From the NCBI GenBank assembly GCA_030066555.1, contig JASJBK010000003.1, positions 6,287 through 70,286 of the forward strand: a DNA stretch of 64,000 bases. Direction: 5' to 3'. Positions within the stretch are counted from its first letter, which is position 1. Each line of letters opens with the position of its first letter. A model generated the notes under the pieces. That model was not told the DNA's origin, searched no databases, and saw nothing but the letters and a program-made list of their open reading frames with translations. This stretch comes from Halieaceae bacterium. Its GTDB lineage: Bacteria > Pseudomonadota > Gammaproteobacteria > Pseudomonadales > Halieaceae. Below, piece after piece: positions 48,956-61,449 of this stretch. Made by a program: the position numbers and the translations under genes.

Positions 48956-48982
48956 TTAGCACTCAATGACTTTGAGTGCTAA
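48956..48982. promoter_or_regulatory. Perfect 10-bp inverted repeat TTAGCACTCA-7nt-TGAGTGCTAA in the rpoH leader / ftsX-rpoH spacer
   Basis: Arms at 48956-48965 and 48973-48982 are exact complements. The repeat lies 23 nt upstream of the proposed rpoH ATG. No U-run follows on either strand, so it is not a classical terminator. Confidence 0.3.
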
Positions 48983-49042
48983 TACCGGAAAAGTTCCCAA
49001 GTGGATCACCGGGCTATTAAAAAGTTGTTTTATTTCAGCGTG

Positions 49043-50002
49043 TTAGCGAGGCTGTACAGCGCTCAAGTGACGTGCCACTGCGAGCCAGGCGCCCAGCAGG
49101 CCCAGCAGGGCTCCCGCCACCAGCAGGCCCAGGCTGTCGAGGAATCCGAGGCCCTCGAGCACAAAGTCGCTCTGGTAAAGCAGCGCGAGGGTGGCCATGG
49201 GTCCGCGCAGCCACCACAGGGCCACGGCCACCACCAGCCAGGCCAGCAGGGCACCGCCCAGGCCGTACCAGAAGCCGGTATACAGGAAGGGCCGGCGCAC
49301 AAAGGCATCGCTGCCGCCCACCAGTTTGATGACGAGGATTTCCTGGCGCCGGTTTTCAATGGCCAGGCGAATGGTATTGCCAATCACGAGCAACACCCCC
49401 AGGCAGAGGATTGCACCTAGCGCTCCTACCGCGCGCTGGGATAGCTCAACCAGGGCGTTGAGGCGTTGCACCCATTCCATGTCCAGCACCGCGCGCTCCA
49501 CACCCGCCTCGTCCTGTAGCGCAAGCTGCAGTTCCGCGGCCCGCTGGGCCTGCCCATCACCCCCCAGTGGAGTCACCAGCACCAGGTTGGGCAGCGGGTT
49601 GTCGTCGAGATTCTGCAGGATGTCGCCAAACCCCGATAGCTGGCGAAATTCTTCCAGCGCCTGGTCGCGGCTGACCAGCCTGGCGCTGGCGACATCGCTG
49701 CGTTCGAGGATCCGTTCCCTCAGCAGACCCGCTGCGTCCATGGACACTTCCGAACGCAGGAACAGGGAAATCTGCGCCGGGCTATCCCAGCCGACGCTGA
49801 CGCTGCGGGCGTTGTCGAGCGCCACGCTGAGCCCCACCGGCAGGGCCAGGGCGATGCCGATCACCAGCCAGGTCATCAGGCTCGACACGGGCGACCGCAG
49901 CAGACGCGACAGGCTGTCCAGGGCGGACAGCCGGTGATGCACCTGCCAGGATCGCAGGCGGTCACCGAGGCCGGTGCGGCTCTGGCTGGCACCTACCGCC
50001 AT
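49043..50002 (-). CDS. ftsX: Cell division ABC transporter permease FtsX
   Basis: 319-aa ORF with four TM segments and a large periplasmic loop, downstream of ftsE. Confidence 0.92.
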   Translation of the reverse strand: MAVGASQSRTGLGDRLRSWQVHHRLSALDSLSRLLRSPVSSLMTWLVIGIALALPVGLSVALDNARSVSVGWDSPAQISLFLRSEVSMDAAGLLRERILERSDVASARLVSRDQALEEFRQLSGFGDILQNLDDNPLPNLVLVTPLGGDGQAQRAAELQLALQDEAGVERAVLDMEWVQRLNALVELSQRAVGALGAILCLGVLLVIGNTIRLAIENRRQEILVIKLVGGSDAFVRRPFLYTGFWYGLGGALLAWLVVAVALWWLRGPMATLALLYQSDFVLEGLGFLDSLGLLVAGALLGLLGAWLAVARHLSAVQPR

Positions 50003-50670
50003 CAGTCGCCGGCTCCCTGGGCAATCAGCCGGCCCTGGCGCAGGGTCAGGATGCGGTGGTGCAGGCGGGAAATCAGGGCCAGGTCGTGGCTGGCGACCAG
50101 CACGGTGACGCCGACCTGGTTGAACTGCTCGAACAGCTGCATGATCTCCGCTGACAGGGCCGGGTCGAGATTACCGGTGGGTTCGTCCGCCAGCAGAACA
50201 CTGGGTTTGTTGACCACCGCGCGGGCAATACCCACTCGCTGCTGCTCGCCGCCGGACAGAGTGATAGGCATTGATTTCTCACGTGCCAGCAGCCCGACCT
50301 TGTCGAGCGCGGCGCGTACCCGACGGCCCGTGTCTCGCGGCGAGTAACCGGCGATCAGCAGCGGCAGGGCGACGTTGTCGAACACGGTGCGATCAAACAG
50401 CAGCTGGTGGTTCTGGAATACCACGCCAATATCGCGGCGCAGCAGGGGAATGCGGGAAGGCTTCATCGCCTTCAGGTTCTGGCCATTGACCACCACCTGG
50501 CCACGACTGGGGCGCTCCATCAGCATGATCAGCTTGAGCAAGGTGCTTTTGCCGGCCCCGCTGTGGCCGGTAAGAAACACCATCTCGTCACTGTCGATGG
50601 TGAAGCTCACCTCCGACAGTGCCTCATGGCCTTGCGGGTAGCGCTTGGAAACGCGGTCGAAGGCGATCAT
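50002..50670 (-). CDS. ftsE: Cell division ATP-binding protein FtsE
   Basis: 222-aa ORF with Walker A GHSGAGKST, signature LSGGEQQR and Walker B VLLADEPTGNLD. Confidence 0.95.
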   Translation of the reverse strand: MIAFDRVSKRYPQGHEALSEVSFTIDSDEMVFLTGHSGAGKSTLLKLIMLMERPSRGQVVVNGQNLKAMKPSRIPLLRRDIGVVFQNHQLLFDRTVFDNVALPLLIAGYSPRDTGRRVRAALDKVGLLAREKSMPITLSGGEQQRVGIARAVVNKPSVLLADEPTGNLDPALSAEIMQLFEQFNQVGVTVLVASHDLALISRLHHRILTLRQGRLIAQGAGD

Positions 50671-50673
50671 GCC

Positions 50674-51756
50674 TCAGCTGCGATCCGCGAACAGGGCGTC
50701 AATAAACTCCTGCGCCACAAAGGGCCGCAGGTCTTCCGCTGCTTCACCGATACCGATAAAGCGGATGGGCAGGCCCAGTTTGCGAGCCACAGCGAAAATA
50801 ATGCCGCCTTTCGCGGTGCCATCGAGCTTGGTCAGGGCAATACCGGAGACACCCACCGCCTGCTGGAAGTGCTCTGCCTGGGCCAGGGCGTTCTGGCCCA
50901 TACCGGCGTCCAGCACCAGCATAACCTCGTGGGGCGCTGAAGCGTCGAGCTTGCCCATGACACGCACCACCTTCTTGAGCTCCTCCATCAGGTTGTCCTT
51001 GTTGTGGAGGCGCCCGGCGGTGTCGGCGATCAGCACATCGACACCCCGCGCCCTCGCGGCCTGCAGGGCATCGAAGATCACCGAGGCAGCGTCGGCACCG
51101 GTGTGCTGGGCGACTACCGGCACCTGGTTGCGCTCTCCCCAGGCCTGCAGCTGCTCAACGGCGGCGGCCCGGAAGGTATCACCGGCGGCCAGCATCACGC
51201 TTTTGCCATCGGCCTGGAAGCGCCGTGCCAACTTGCCGATGGTGGTGGTCTTACCGGCACCATTGACGCCCACCATGAGAACCACGAAGGGGCCTTCGGT
51301 GGCGGGTACCAGCGGCTGCTCACAGGGCGCGAGCAAGTCCAGCAGCTCTTTCTGCAGGGCCGCGTAGAGGGCGTCGCCGTCCTTGAGGTCCTTGCGCGAT
51401 ACCTGGTCGGTCAGGCGGCCAACAATATCCATGGTTGCCTCGACACCGACGTCGGCTTGCAGCAGGGCGGTTTCCAGCTCCTCGAGCAGCGCGGCATCGA
51501 TTTCCTTGCGGCCCAGGAACAGGCGGCCTACGCCGGAGGCGAGCTGGTTGCCAGTGCGGCTGAGACCCTGGCGCAGACGCCCGAAAAAGCCCTCGCTGCT
51601 TTCTTTATTTTCGTCATACTTGCTGCGGGCGCTGTCGACATTCTCGCTGCGGGTGCTGTCCTGCGGCGCGGCGTCAGCTTCCGGGGTGGCCTCCACAGGG
51701 GGTTCAGCATCCGTAGCGGATGCCTTCGGCGGTTTGTTGCGACCGAATAATTTCAT
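50674..51756 (-). CDS. ftsY: Signal recognition particle receptor FtsY
   Basis: 360-aa ORF with an acidic N-terminus and an NG domain (GVNGAGKTTTIGKLA, DTAGRLHNK, TKLDGTAKGG). Confidence 0.95.
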   Translation of the reverse strand: MKLFGRNKPPKASATDAEPPVEATPEADAAPQDSTRSENVDSARSKYDENKESSEGFFGRLRQGLSRTGNQLASGVGRLFLGRKEIDAALLEELETALLQADVGVEATMDIVGRLTDQVSRKDLKDGDALYAALQKELLDLLAPCEQPLVPATEGPFVVLMVGVNGAGKTTTIGKLARRFQADGKSVMLAAGDTFRAAAVEQLQAWGERNQVPVVAQHTGADAASVIFDALQAARARGVDVLIADTAGRLHNKDNLMEELKKVVRVMGKLDASAPHEVMLVLDAGMGQNALAQAEHFQQAVGVSGIALTKLDGTAKGGIIFAVARKLGLPIRFIGIGEAAEDLRPFVAQEFIDALFADRS

Positions 51757-51868
51757 CGTTACTGCGCGGGGAAAACGCGTATCCTAACACCATGGATGGA
51801 GCACGTTAATGGGCGTCGGGCGGGCGCGGCGACGGGCCGGGGATACGCCCGGAGCGCGCAGCCGGGTA

Positions 51869-52447
51869 ATGCAGGACCGCGGCCAGGCCGGGGTTTTGCG
51901 CATCATCGGCGGACAGTGGCGTGGCCGCAAGCTTCGATTCAGGGCAGCGAACGGGCTGAGGCCCACCCCCGACCGGGTGCGGGAAACCCTGTTCAACTGG
52001 CTGGCCCCCCACATCCATGAGGCACGCTGCCTGGATCTGTTCGCCGGCAGCGGCGCACTGGGCCTGGAGGCCCTGTCCCGCGGTGCCGGCTATGTACGCT
52101 TTGTCGACAGCAATACCACCAGCCTGGCCCGTATCAGCGAGCACCTTGCTGCGCTGGACTGCGACCGGGCCGATTGCCAGGGCGCAGACGCCCTGCGGTT
52201 TCTCGCCGGTGGCAGCAGCCCCTTCGACATGGTGTTTCTCGATCCACCCTTTGACCAGGGCCTGCTGGAGCCAGCGGCTCATGCACTGGAAGCCGGCGGC
52301 TGGCTCGCATCCGATGCCCTGATCTACCTGGAGGCGGGCAGCCGCGAGGCGGCGCCCTCGCTGCCGGCCAACTGGCAGCCACACCGTGAAAAAACCATGG
52401 GGGATGTCCGCTTCAGCCTGTTTGTGCGCACCGGGCAATTTGTTTAG
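51869..52447 (+). CDS. rsmD: 16S rRNA (guanine966-N2)-methyltransferase
   Basis: ORF 51809..52447. Start taken as ATG 51869 (MQDRGQAGVLRIIGGQWRGRKL...RPTPDRVRETLFNWL, DPPF motif). The choice of start is uncertain. Confidence 0.85.
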   Translation: MQDRGQAGVLRIIGGQWRGRKLRFRAANGLRPTPDRVRETLFNWLAPHIHEARCLDLFAGSGALGLEALSRGAGYVRFVDSNTTSLARISEHLAALDCDRADCQGADALRFLAGGSSPFDMVFLDPPFDQGLLEPAAHALEAGGWLASDALIYLEAGSREAAPSLPANWQPHREKTMGDVRFSLFVRTGQFV

Positions 52448-52455
52448 CATGCTGA

Positions 52456-52953
<498 letters not shown>

Positions 52954-52964
52954 GTTAACCACCG

Positions 52965-53780
52965 CTAGCTCTGGCACTCCCGACAGTACACCGTACTGCG
53001 CTGGCCCAGCCGGGTTTCGGTGAGCTGGGTCCCGCAGCGGGGGCAGGGTTCCCCACCGTGATCGTAGACGTTGAGTTGCTGGCGGAAGTAACCCGGCTTG
53101 CCATCACCCCCGACAAAGTCCCGCAGGGTGGTACCTCCCTGTTCCACCGCAGCCGCCAGCACCTGGCGAATCGCCTCCACCAGCAGTTCAAAGCGCGGCT
53201 TCGACACCCGCCCGGCGGCACGCCCCGGCCGCAGGCCTGACAGGAACAGGGCCTCATTGGCGTAGATATTGCCCACACCCACCACCACCTTGCTGTCCAT
53301 GATGAAGGCCTTGAGCGGCACCTTGCGCCCCCGCGAGCGACGGAACAGGTACTCCGCCGTGAACTCCGGGCCCAGCGGCTCCGGCCCCAACTCCGACAGC
53401 AGGAAGTGTGCGTGTGGGTCCTCCAGGCTCCAGAGCATGCAGCCGAAGCGGCGTGGGTCGTTGTAGCGAAGGATCTTGCCGGACTCGAGCACAATATCCA
53501 CATGATCGTGCTTCTGGGGCTCTTCCGGCTTTGTCAGCACCCGCAGCGACCCTGACATGCCGAGGTGAGAGATCAGTGTTCCTGCATCTGTGCGGAACAG
53601 TAAGTACTTACCTCTGCGCTCGATGTCGCGGATCGTCGCCCCAGGCAGGAAACGCGTCAGCTCCTCGGGGATCGGCCAGCGCAGTCGCCGGTCGCGGACC
53701 TCGATCGACTGCACCGCCTCACCTTTAGCATGCGGCAGTATTCCACGCCGGGTGGTCTCAACTTCGGGTAATTCGGGCAT
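52965..53780 (-). CDS. mutM: Formamidopyrimidine-DNA glycosylase
   Basis: ORF 52965..53840. Start moved to ATG 53780 ([14 protein letters not shown], giving the catalytic N-terminal Pro). C-terminal zinc finger CPRCGTQL...YCRECQ. Confidence 0.93.
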   Translation of the reverse strand: MPELPEVETTRRGILPHAKGEAVQSIEVRDRRLRWPIPEELTRFLPGATIRDIERRGKYLLFRTDAGTLISHLGMSGSLRVLTKPEEPQKHDHVDIVLESGKILRYNDPRRFGCMLWSLEDPHAHFLLSELGPEPLGPEFTAEYLFRRSRGRKVPLKAFIMDSKVVVGVGNIYANEALFLSGLRPGRAAGRVSKPRFELLVEAIRQVLAAAVEQGGTTLRDFVGGDGKPGYFRQQLNVYDHGGEPCPRCGTQLTETRLGQRSTVYCRECQS

Positions 53781-53907
53781 ATCTTCGTCGATCCTGCAGG
53801 CATCGTGCTCAGATGCCAATACTTCGCTATTCCAAGGCATTACAATCCTGATAGCGTAACTTCGCGTAACTTGAGCCTATCCTTCCAGTATTTGGTGCCA
53901 ACGTGTC

Positions 53908-54027
53908 GGGATCGCACTCCCGCGGGGTGTTTCCCGACTCGCTAAAAGCGTGACGTCCATGTCTCGCTCGACGCCGGCCGTCCATGGCCGGCGACGGTCG
54001 GGAAACACCCCGCGGAAGCCCGATCCC
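53908..54027 (+). repeat. Structured repeat element, copy 1: 58-nt conserved core (53939-53996) on a copy-specific 19+7 bp stem
   Basis: 53920-53938 pairs perfectly with 53997-54015, and 53908-14 pairs with 54021-27. The core is shared with the copies at 54188-54245 (inverted) and 61317-61374. Confidence 0.85.
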
Positions 54028-54160
54028 TTGTTTAGCGCCACCACTGCAGGTCAATCAGCGGCTGGTTGTCGGCTGGAGGCGCCTAGGTTGAAGAAGCATA
54101 CCGCGATGCGACCTCCATTTCGGCAATCTTGTCCCCTGCTACTGGCAAAGTTTCAGGGAG

Positions 54161-54272
54161 CATGGCCCTCTCACCAGGTTTGCGGACCGTCGCAGGCCAG
54201 GGACGGCCTGCGTCGAGCGAGACATGGACGTCACGCTTTTAGCGCGTCCGCAAACCTGGTGAGAGGGTCATG
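54161..54272 (-). repeat. Structured repeat element, copy 2 (inverted orientation): core 54188-54245 on a 27-bp copy-specific stem
   Basis: 54161-54187 pairs with 54246-54272 (26 Watson-Crick pairs plus 1 G-T). The reverse complement of the core differs from copy 1 at 4 of 58 positions, two of which form a compensatory pair. Confidence 0.85.
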
Positions 54273-54331
54273 ATCCCGAGCAGCTGGCACAAAAGCACAC
54301 CAGCCAGACTACCTGGATATTTCGATGAGGC

Positions 54332-54357
54332 ACAAAAAAGCCCGCCGTAGCGGGCTT
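54332..54357 (-). terminator. Rho-independent terminator downstream of rpmG
   Basis: The minus strand reads AAGCCCGC-TACG-GCGGGCTT followed by TTTTG. It lies 19 nt after the rpmG stop. Confidence 0.75.
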
Positions 54358-54375
54358 CGAGACGCAAGTAAGTGC

Positions 54376-54531
54376 TTACTTGATCTTGGATTCCTTGTAC
54401 ATGACGTGCTTGCGAACCACCGGATCGTACTTCTTCATTTCCATCTTGTCCGGCGTGTTGCGCTTGTTCTTGTCGGTCGTGTAGTAGTGGCCGGTGCCTG
54501 CGGAGGATACCAGTTTGATTTTCTCTCTCAT
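54376..54531 (-). CDS. rpmG: 50S ribosomal protein L33
   Basis: Below the ORF-track cut-off. Hand translation gives [51 protein letters not shown] (51 aa). Confidence 0.95.
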   Translation of the reverse strand: MREKIKLVSSAGTGHYYTTDKNKRNTPDKMEMKKYDPVVRKHVMYKESKIK

Positions 54532-54570
54532 CGCTCTATTCCTTCTCTAATCCGTCAATCGGGTAAGGTC

Positions 54571-54807
54571 TCAGACCTTTTCGCCCCGGGCACGGATATC
54601 GGCCAGGACCTGCTCGATACCCTTCTTGTCGATGATGCGCATGCCCTTGCTGGAAACACGCAGGCTTACGAAACGCTTTTCAGACTCCACCCAGAAGCGG
54701 TGCTGGTGGAGGTTCGGCAGGAACCGGCGCTTGGTGCGGTTCTTGGCGTGGGATACATTGTTACCAGTTATCGGCCGCTTGCCGGTAACCTGACATACTC
54801 TGGCCAT
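54571..54807 (-). CDS. rpmB: 50S ribosomal protein L28
   Basis: 78-aa [36 protein letters not shown]... Confidence 0.97.
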   Translation of the reverse strand: MARVCQVTGKRPITGNNVSHAKNRTKRRFLPNLHQHRFWVESEKRFVSLRVSSKGMRIIDKKGIEQVLADIRARGEKV

Positions 54808-54905
54808 GATGACTCACTCTCAATGGCGGCGGCGTAACCGCGTTCAATTCGGGAAATACCGGGGTCTGCCAGCTTTTGCCGGGCACCCCGTGAAACGAGC
54901 GCGAC

Positions 54906-54934
54906 TTTATACCAGAAGGCCCCTGGCAAGGCAA
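54906..54934 (-). promoter_or_regulatory. Candidate sigma70 promoter of rpmB-rpmG (TTGCCT-17nt-TATAAA on minus strand)
   Basis: The -35 box is the complement of 54929-54934. The -10 box is the complement of 54906-54911. The spacer is 17 nt, about 95 nt upstream of the rpmB ATG. Confidence 0.35.
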
Positions 54935-54993
54935 GCAGTCTCGCTTTAAATTCAAAGGCTTGCGCGCCCTTGCGGCGCCTGCGCTGGAGGCCG

Positions 54994-55668
54994 CTACAGC
55001 AGCCCGTCCTCGGCGAATGAAAACGCACATCCGCGGCCCACAATAATGTGATCCAGCACCCGGATATCCACCAGCGCCAGCGCCGCCTGGAGGCGCTCGG
55101 TGATGCGCCGGTCCGCGGCACTGGGCTCGGCAATACCCGACGGGTGATTGTGGGCAAAGATCACCGCGGCAGCCTCCAGCTGCAGCGCCCGGCGCAGCAC
55201 TACCCGAGGGTAGACGGCGGCGCCATCCAGGGTGCCCAGGAACAGGTCTTCGCAGGCGATCAGCGCGTGCTGGGCGTTGAGGAACAAGCAGCAGAACACC
55301 TCCCGCGAGGGGTCGTTCAGGTGGCTCTGCAGAAAGCGCCGCGTACGGCTGGGGCTCGACAACACCGCACCCTGGCGCAGCTCTTCCAGGGCGTGCCGCC
55401 GTGTCAGCTCCACCGCGGCCTTGAGCTGGGTGAACTTGGCGACACCCATACCGGGTTCGGCCAGCAGCTCCTCGAAACTTGCGTTCAGCAGGCCATGCCA
55501 GCCACCAAAGCGCTGCAACAGTGCGCGGGACAGCTCCATGACACTGCGACCGGCACCCCCGGTGCCCAGCAGAATGGCGAGTAGTTCGGAATCCGATAAT
55601 GCGGGACAGCCCCGCTCGAGCAGTTTTTCCCGCGGCCGCTCCGCCGCGGGCAGGTTTGATAAGTGCAT
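54994..55668 (-). CDS. radC: RadC-like JAB domain protein (UPF0758, YicR)
   Basis: 224-aa ORF (PREKLLERG...SDSELLAILLGTG..., the JAMM-like HNHPSG motif). Confidence 0.88.
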   Translation of the reverse strand: MHLSNLPAAERPREKLLERGCPALSDSELLAILLGTGGAGRSVMELSRALLQRFGGWHGLLNASFEELLAEPGMGVAKFTQLKAAVELTRRHALEELRQGAVLSSPSRTRRFLQSHLNDPSREVFCCLFLNAQHALIACEDLFLGTLDGAAVYPRVVLRRALQLEAAAVIFAHNHPSGIAEPSAADRRITERLQAALALVDIRVLDHIIVGRGCAFSFAEDGLL

Positions 55669-55757
55669 GGTCTCCTCCCTGAGATCCGTGCCCCGTGTGT
55701 CAAATCCGCTGGCCGGGTGATATCTTTAATGGCCAGTTTTCACGCTTGGTCAAGGCC

Positions 55758-56972
55758 ATGGGCCGTCTCTACAACCGTAACGTGCTGCTCGGGGTTACCG
55801 GCGGTATCGCTGCCTACAAATCCGCTCAACTTGTCCGGGACCTGCAGGAAGCAGGCGCAACCGTCAGGGTAGTGATGACCCGTGGCGCCACGGAATTCAT
55901 TACGCCACTCACCCTGCAGGCGCTGTCCGGCCAGCCGGTGCACCAGGAGCTGCTGGACGCCGACGCGGAAGCCGGCATGGGGCACATCGAGCTGGCGCGC
56001 TGGGCCGACCTGGTACTGGTGGCTCCGGCAACCGCCGATTTCATCAGCCGCCTGGCCCTGGGCCGGGCCGACGACCTGCTGACGACCCTGTGCCTGGCGA
56101 CACCGGCACCGCTGCTGGTGGCGCCGGCCATGAACCAGGGCATGTGGCGCGACCCGGCCACCGCTGCCAACATCGAAACCCTCAGCGGCCGCGGCATCCA
56201 TATCACCGGGCCGTCCGAGGGTTCCCAGGCCTGCGGTGATGTGGGTCCAGGCCGGATGCAGGAGCCTGCTGCCATCGTCGAGGCGGCACAGGCACTGTTT
56301 GCCGCCGGCCAGCTCGACGGTCTGCGGGTGACGGTCACCGCGGGGCCAACCCGGGAATCCCTGGACCCGGTGCGCTATATCAGCAATCACAGCTCCGGCA
56401 AGATGGGCTTCGCAATCGCCAGGGCCGCTGCCGAGGCCGGAGCGCGCACTACCCTGGTCAGCGGACCGGTGGCCCTGGAAACACCAGAATCTGTGAACCG
56501 AATCGAGGTCACCAGCGCCCTGCAGATGTACGATGCGGCATTGGCACAGGTGGGCCAGTGCGATATTTTCATCGGCTGTGCCGCCGTGGCGGACTACCGC
56601 CCGGCCGAGAGTCAGCCACAGAAAATAAAGAAAGGGCAGGAGACCATGCAGCTAGAGCTGGTCCGCAACCCGGACATCATCGCTGCCGTCGCCGCCCATA
56701 GCCAGCGGCCGTTTACCGTCGGCTTTGCTGCTGAAACACAAGACGTGCTCGATTACGCGCGCAGCAAGATGCACAAGAAGCGTCTGGACATGATTGTCGC
56801 CAATGACGTGGGCAGGGATGACGCCGGCTTTAACAGCGACAGCAATGCCGCGACAATACTGTGGACGGATGGCAGCCTGGAAGTACCGCTGACGACGAAG
56901 GGCGAACTGGCCCGGCAGCTGGTCGATACTATTGCCGGCCAGTGGCGGCTGCGGGCGGGCAAGGTTGCCTGA
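55758..56972 (+). CDS. coaBC: Bifunctional phosphopantothenoylcysteine decarboxylase / phosphopantothenate-cysteine ligase
   Basis: ORF 55695..56972. Start moved to ATG 55758 (MGRLYNRNVLLGVTGGIAAYKSAQLVRDL). Confidence 0.93.
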   Translation: MGRLYNRNVLLGVTGGIAAYKSAQLVRDLQEAGATVRVVMTRGATEFITPLTLQALSGQPVHQELLDADAEAGMGHIELARWADLVLVAPATADFISRLALGRADDLLTTLCLATPAPLLVAPAMNQGMWRDPATAANIETLSGRGIHITGPSEGSQACGDVGPGRMQEPAAIVEAAQALFAAGQLDGLRVTVTAGPTRESLDPVRYISNHSSGKMGFAIARAAAEAGARTTLVSGPVALETPESVNRIEVTSALQMYDAALAQVGQCDIFIGCAAVADYRPAESQPQKIKKGQETMQLELVRNPDIIAAVAAHSQRPFTVGFAAETQDVLDYARSKMHKKRLDMIVANDVGRDDAGFNSDSNAATILWTDGSLEVPLTTKGELARQLVDTIAGQWRLRAGKVA

Positions 56973-57028
56973 CTGTCTACCCGCGCAGGGAGCGCGGGAC
57001 TATTCTGACTGGGGGGTGCAGCAGGAAC

Positions 57029-60456
<3,428 letters not shown>

Positions 60457-60568
60457 TTCAAACTCCAGGCAAAAAGCGGTCACTGTGCGCGCTAATTTCT
60501 TGCAGCACTACCAGGTTGGGTCTAGCATTATTCTGTATTTCCAATCCCGCCTGGCCTGCCCCTGACAT

Positions 60569-61192
60569 ATGTCTCCGCGTAAAACTCAACGGCGTCAACA
60601 GATTCTCGAAGCGCTGGCGCAGATGCTGGAAGCGAGTCCGGGTGAGCGTATTACTACCGCACGGCTGGCCCGGCAGGTCGGTGTATCTGAAGCGGCCCTG
60701 TACCGGCACTTCCCCAGCAAGTCAAAGATGTTCGAAGGCCTGATCGAGTTCATCGAGGAAACCCTGTTCAGCCGCATCAACATCATTCTCGCCGAGGAGA
60801 GCGCTGCGGCGGCACGCTGTGAAAAGATGCTGTCACTGTTGCTGGCTTTCACCGAGCGCAACCCCGGCATTACCCGCATACTCACCGGCGACGCCCTGGC
60901 CGGCGAAACCGAGCGCCTGCACGCCCGTGTGGCACAGCTGTTTGATCGCTTTGAAACCCAGCTCAAGCAGGTCCTGCGGGAAGCCGAAATGCGCGAGGGC
61001 ATTCGCCCAGTGCTGACTATCAACGCCGCCGCCAACCTGCTGCTGGCCGCTGCTGAAGGGCGCATCTCCCAGTATGTGCGCAGCGGCTTCCAGCGCTCGC
61101 CCACCGAGGCCTGGCCCGACCAGTGGCAGCTGCTGATCTCCGACTTTTTCCGCCCTGCACTGCCGGCCACGGCACAAGTCACCCAGGCCTGA
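60569..61192 (+). CDS. slmA: Nucleoid occlusion factor SlmA (TetR family)
   Basis: 207-aa ORF ([60 protein letters not shown]). Confidence 0.85.
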   Translation: MSPRKTQRRQQILEALAQMLEASPGERITTARLARQVGVSEAALYRHFPSKSKMFEGLIEFIEETLFSRINIILAEESAAAARCEKMLSLLLAFTERNPGITRILTGDALAGETERLHARVAQLFDRFETQLKQVLREAEMREGIRPVLTINAAANLLLAAAEGRISQYVRSGFQRSPTEAWPDQWQLLISDFFRPALPATAQVTQA

Positions 61193-61310
61193 ATTTCTCC
61201 TTAGGTCGGGCACGAGCTGGGTCTGCTCCTTCCCGCACTACCCGCCACGGTACAAGTCACCCAGGCCTGAATTTCTCCGTAGGTCGGACGCAAGCTGGGT
61301 TTATTTCTCC
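61151..61310. repeat. 78-bp tandem duplication (about 2 units) containing the last ~13 codons and stop codon of slmA
   Basis: GCCACGG(C/T)ACAAGTCACCCAGGCCTGAATTTCTCC... occurs at 61166 and again at 61244. There are 5 mismatches over the central 57 nt by eye. TGA occurs at 61190-92 and is duplicated at 61268-70. Confidence 0.85.
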
Positions 61311-61397
61311 CCGGACACGCTAAAAGCTTGACGTCCATGTCTCGCTCGGCGCCGGCCGTCCATGGCCGGCGACGGTCCGTGGAGAAATAAACCCAGC
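61294..61397 (+). repeat. Structured repeat element, copy 3: core 61317-61374 on a 24-bp copy-specific stem
   Basis: 61293-61316 pairs with 61375-61398 with one mismatch. The core differs from copy 1 at 3 of 58 positions. Confidence 0.85.
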
Positions 61398-61449
61398 TCG
61401 CGCCCTATATCGGCACAAAGCTCACTGGTTTTAAGGGAGTTGTGTGGGG

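Noticed and set aside
53950-54273. 107-aa ORF (+) and the 75-aa ORF 53827..54054 (-) in the mutM-rpmG spacer. Also the 66-aa ORF 61123..61323 downstream of slmA.
   Set aside because: They are generated by reading through the structured repeat elements and the tandem duplication. The same 'peptide' recurs only because the DNA repeat recurs, and there is no RBS or coding-like composition.
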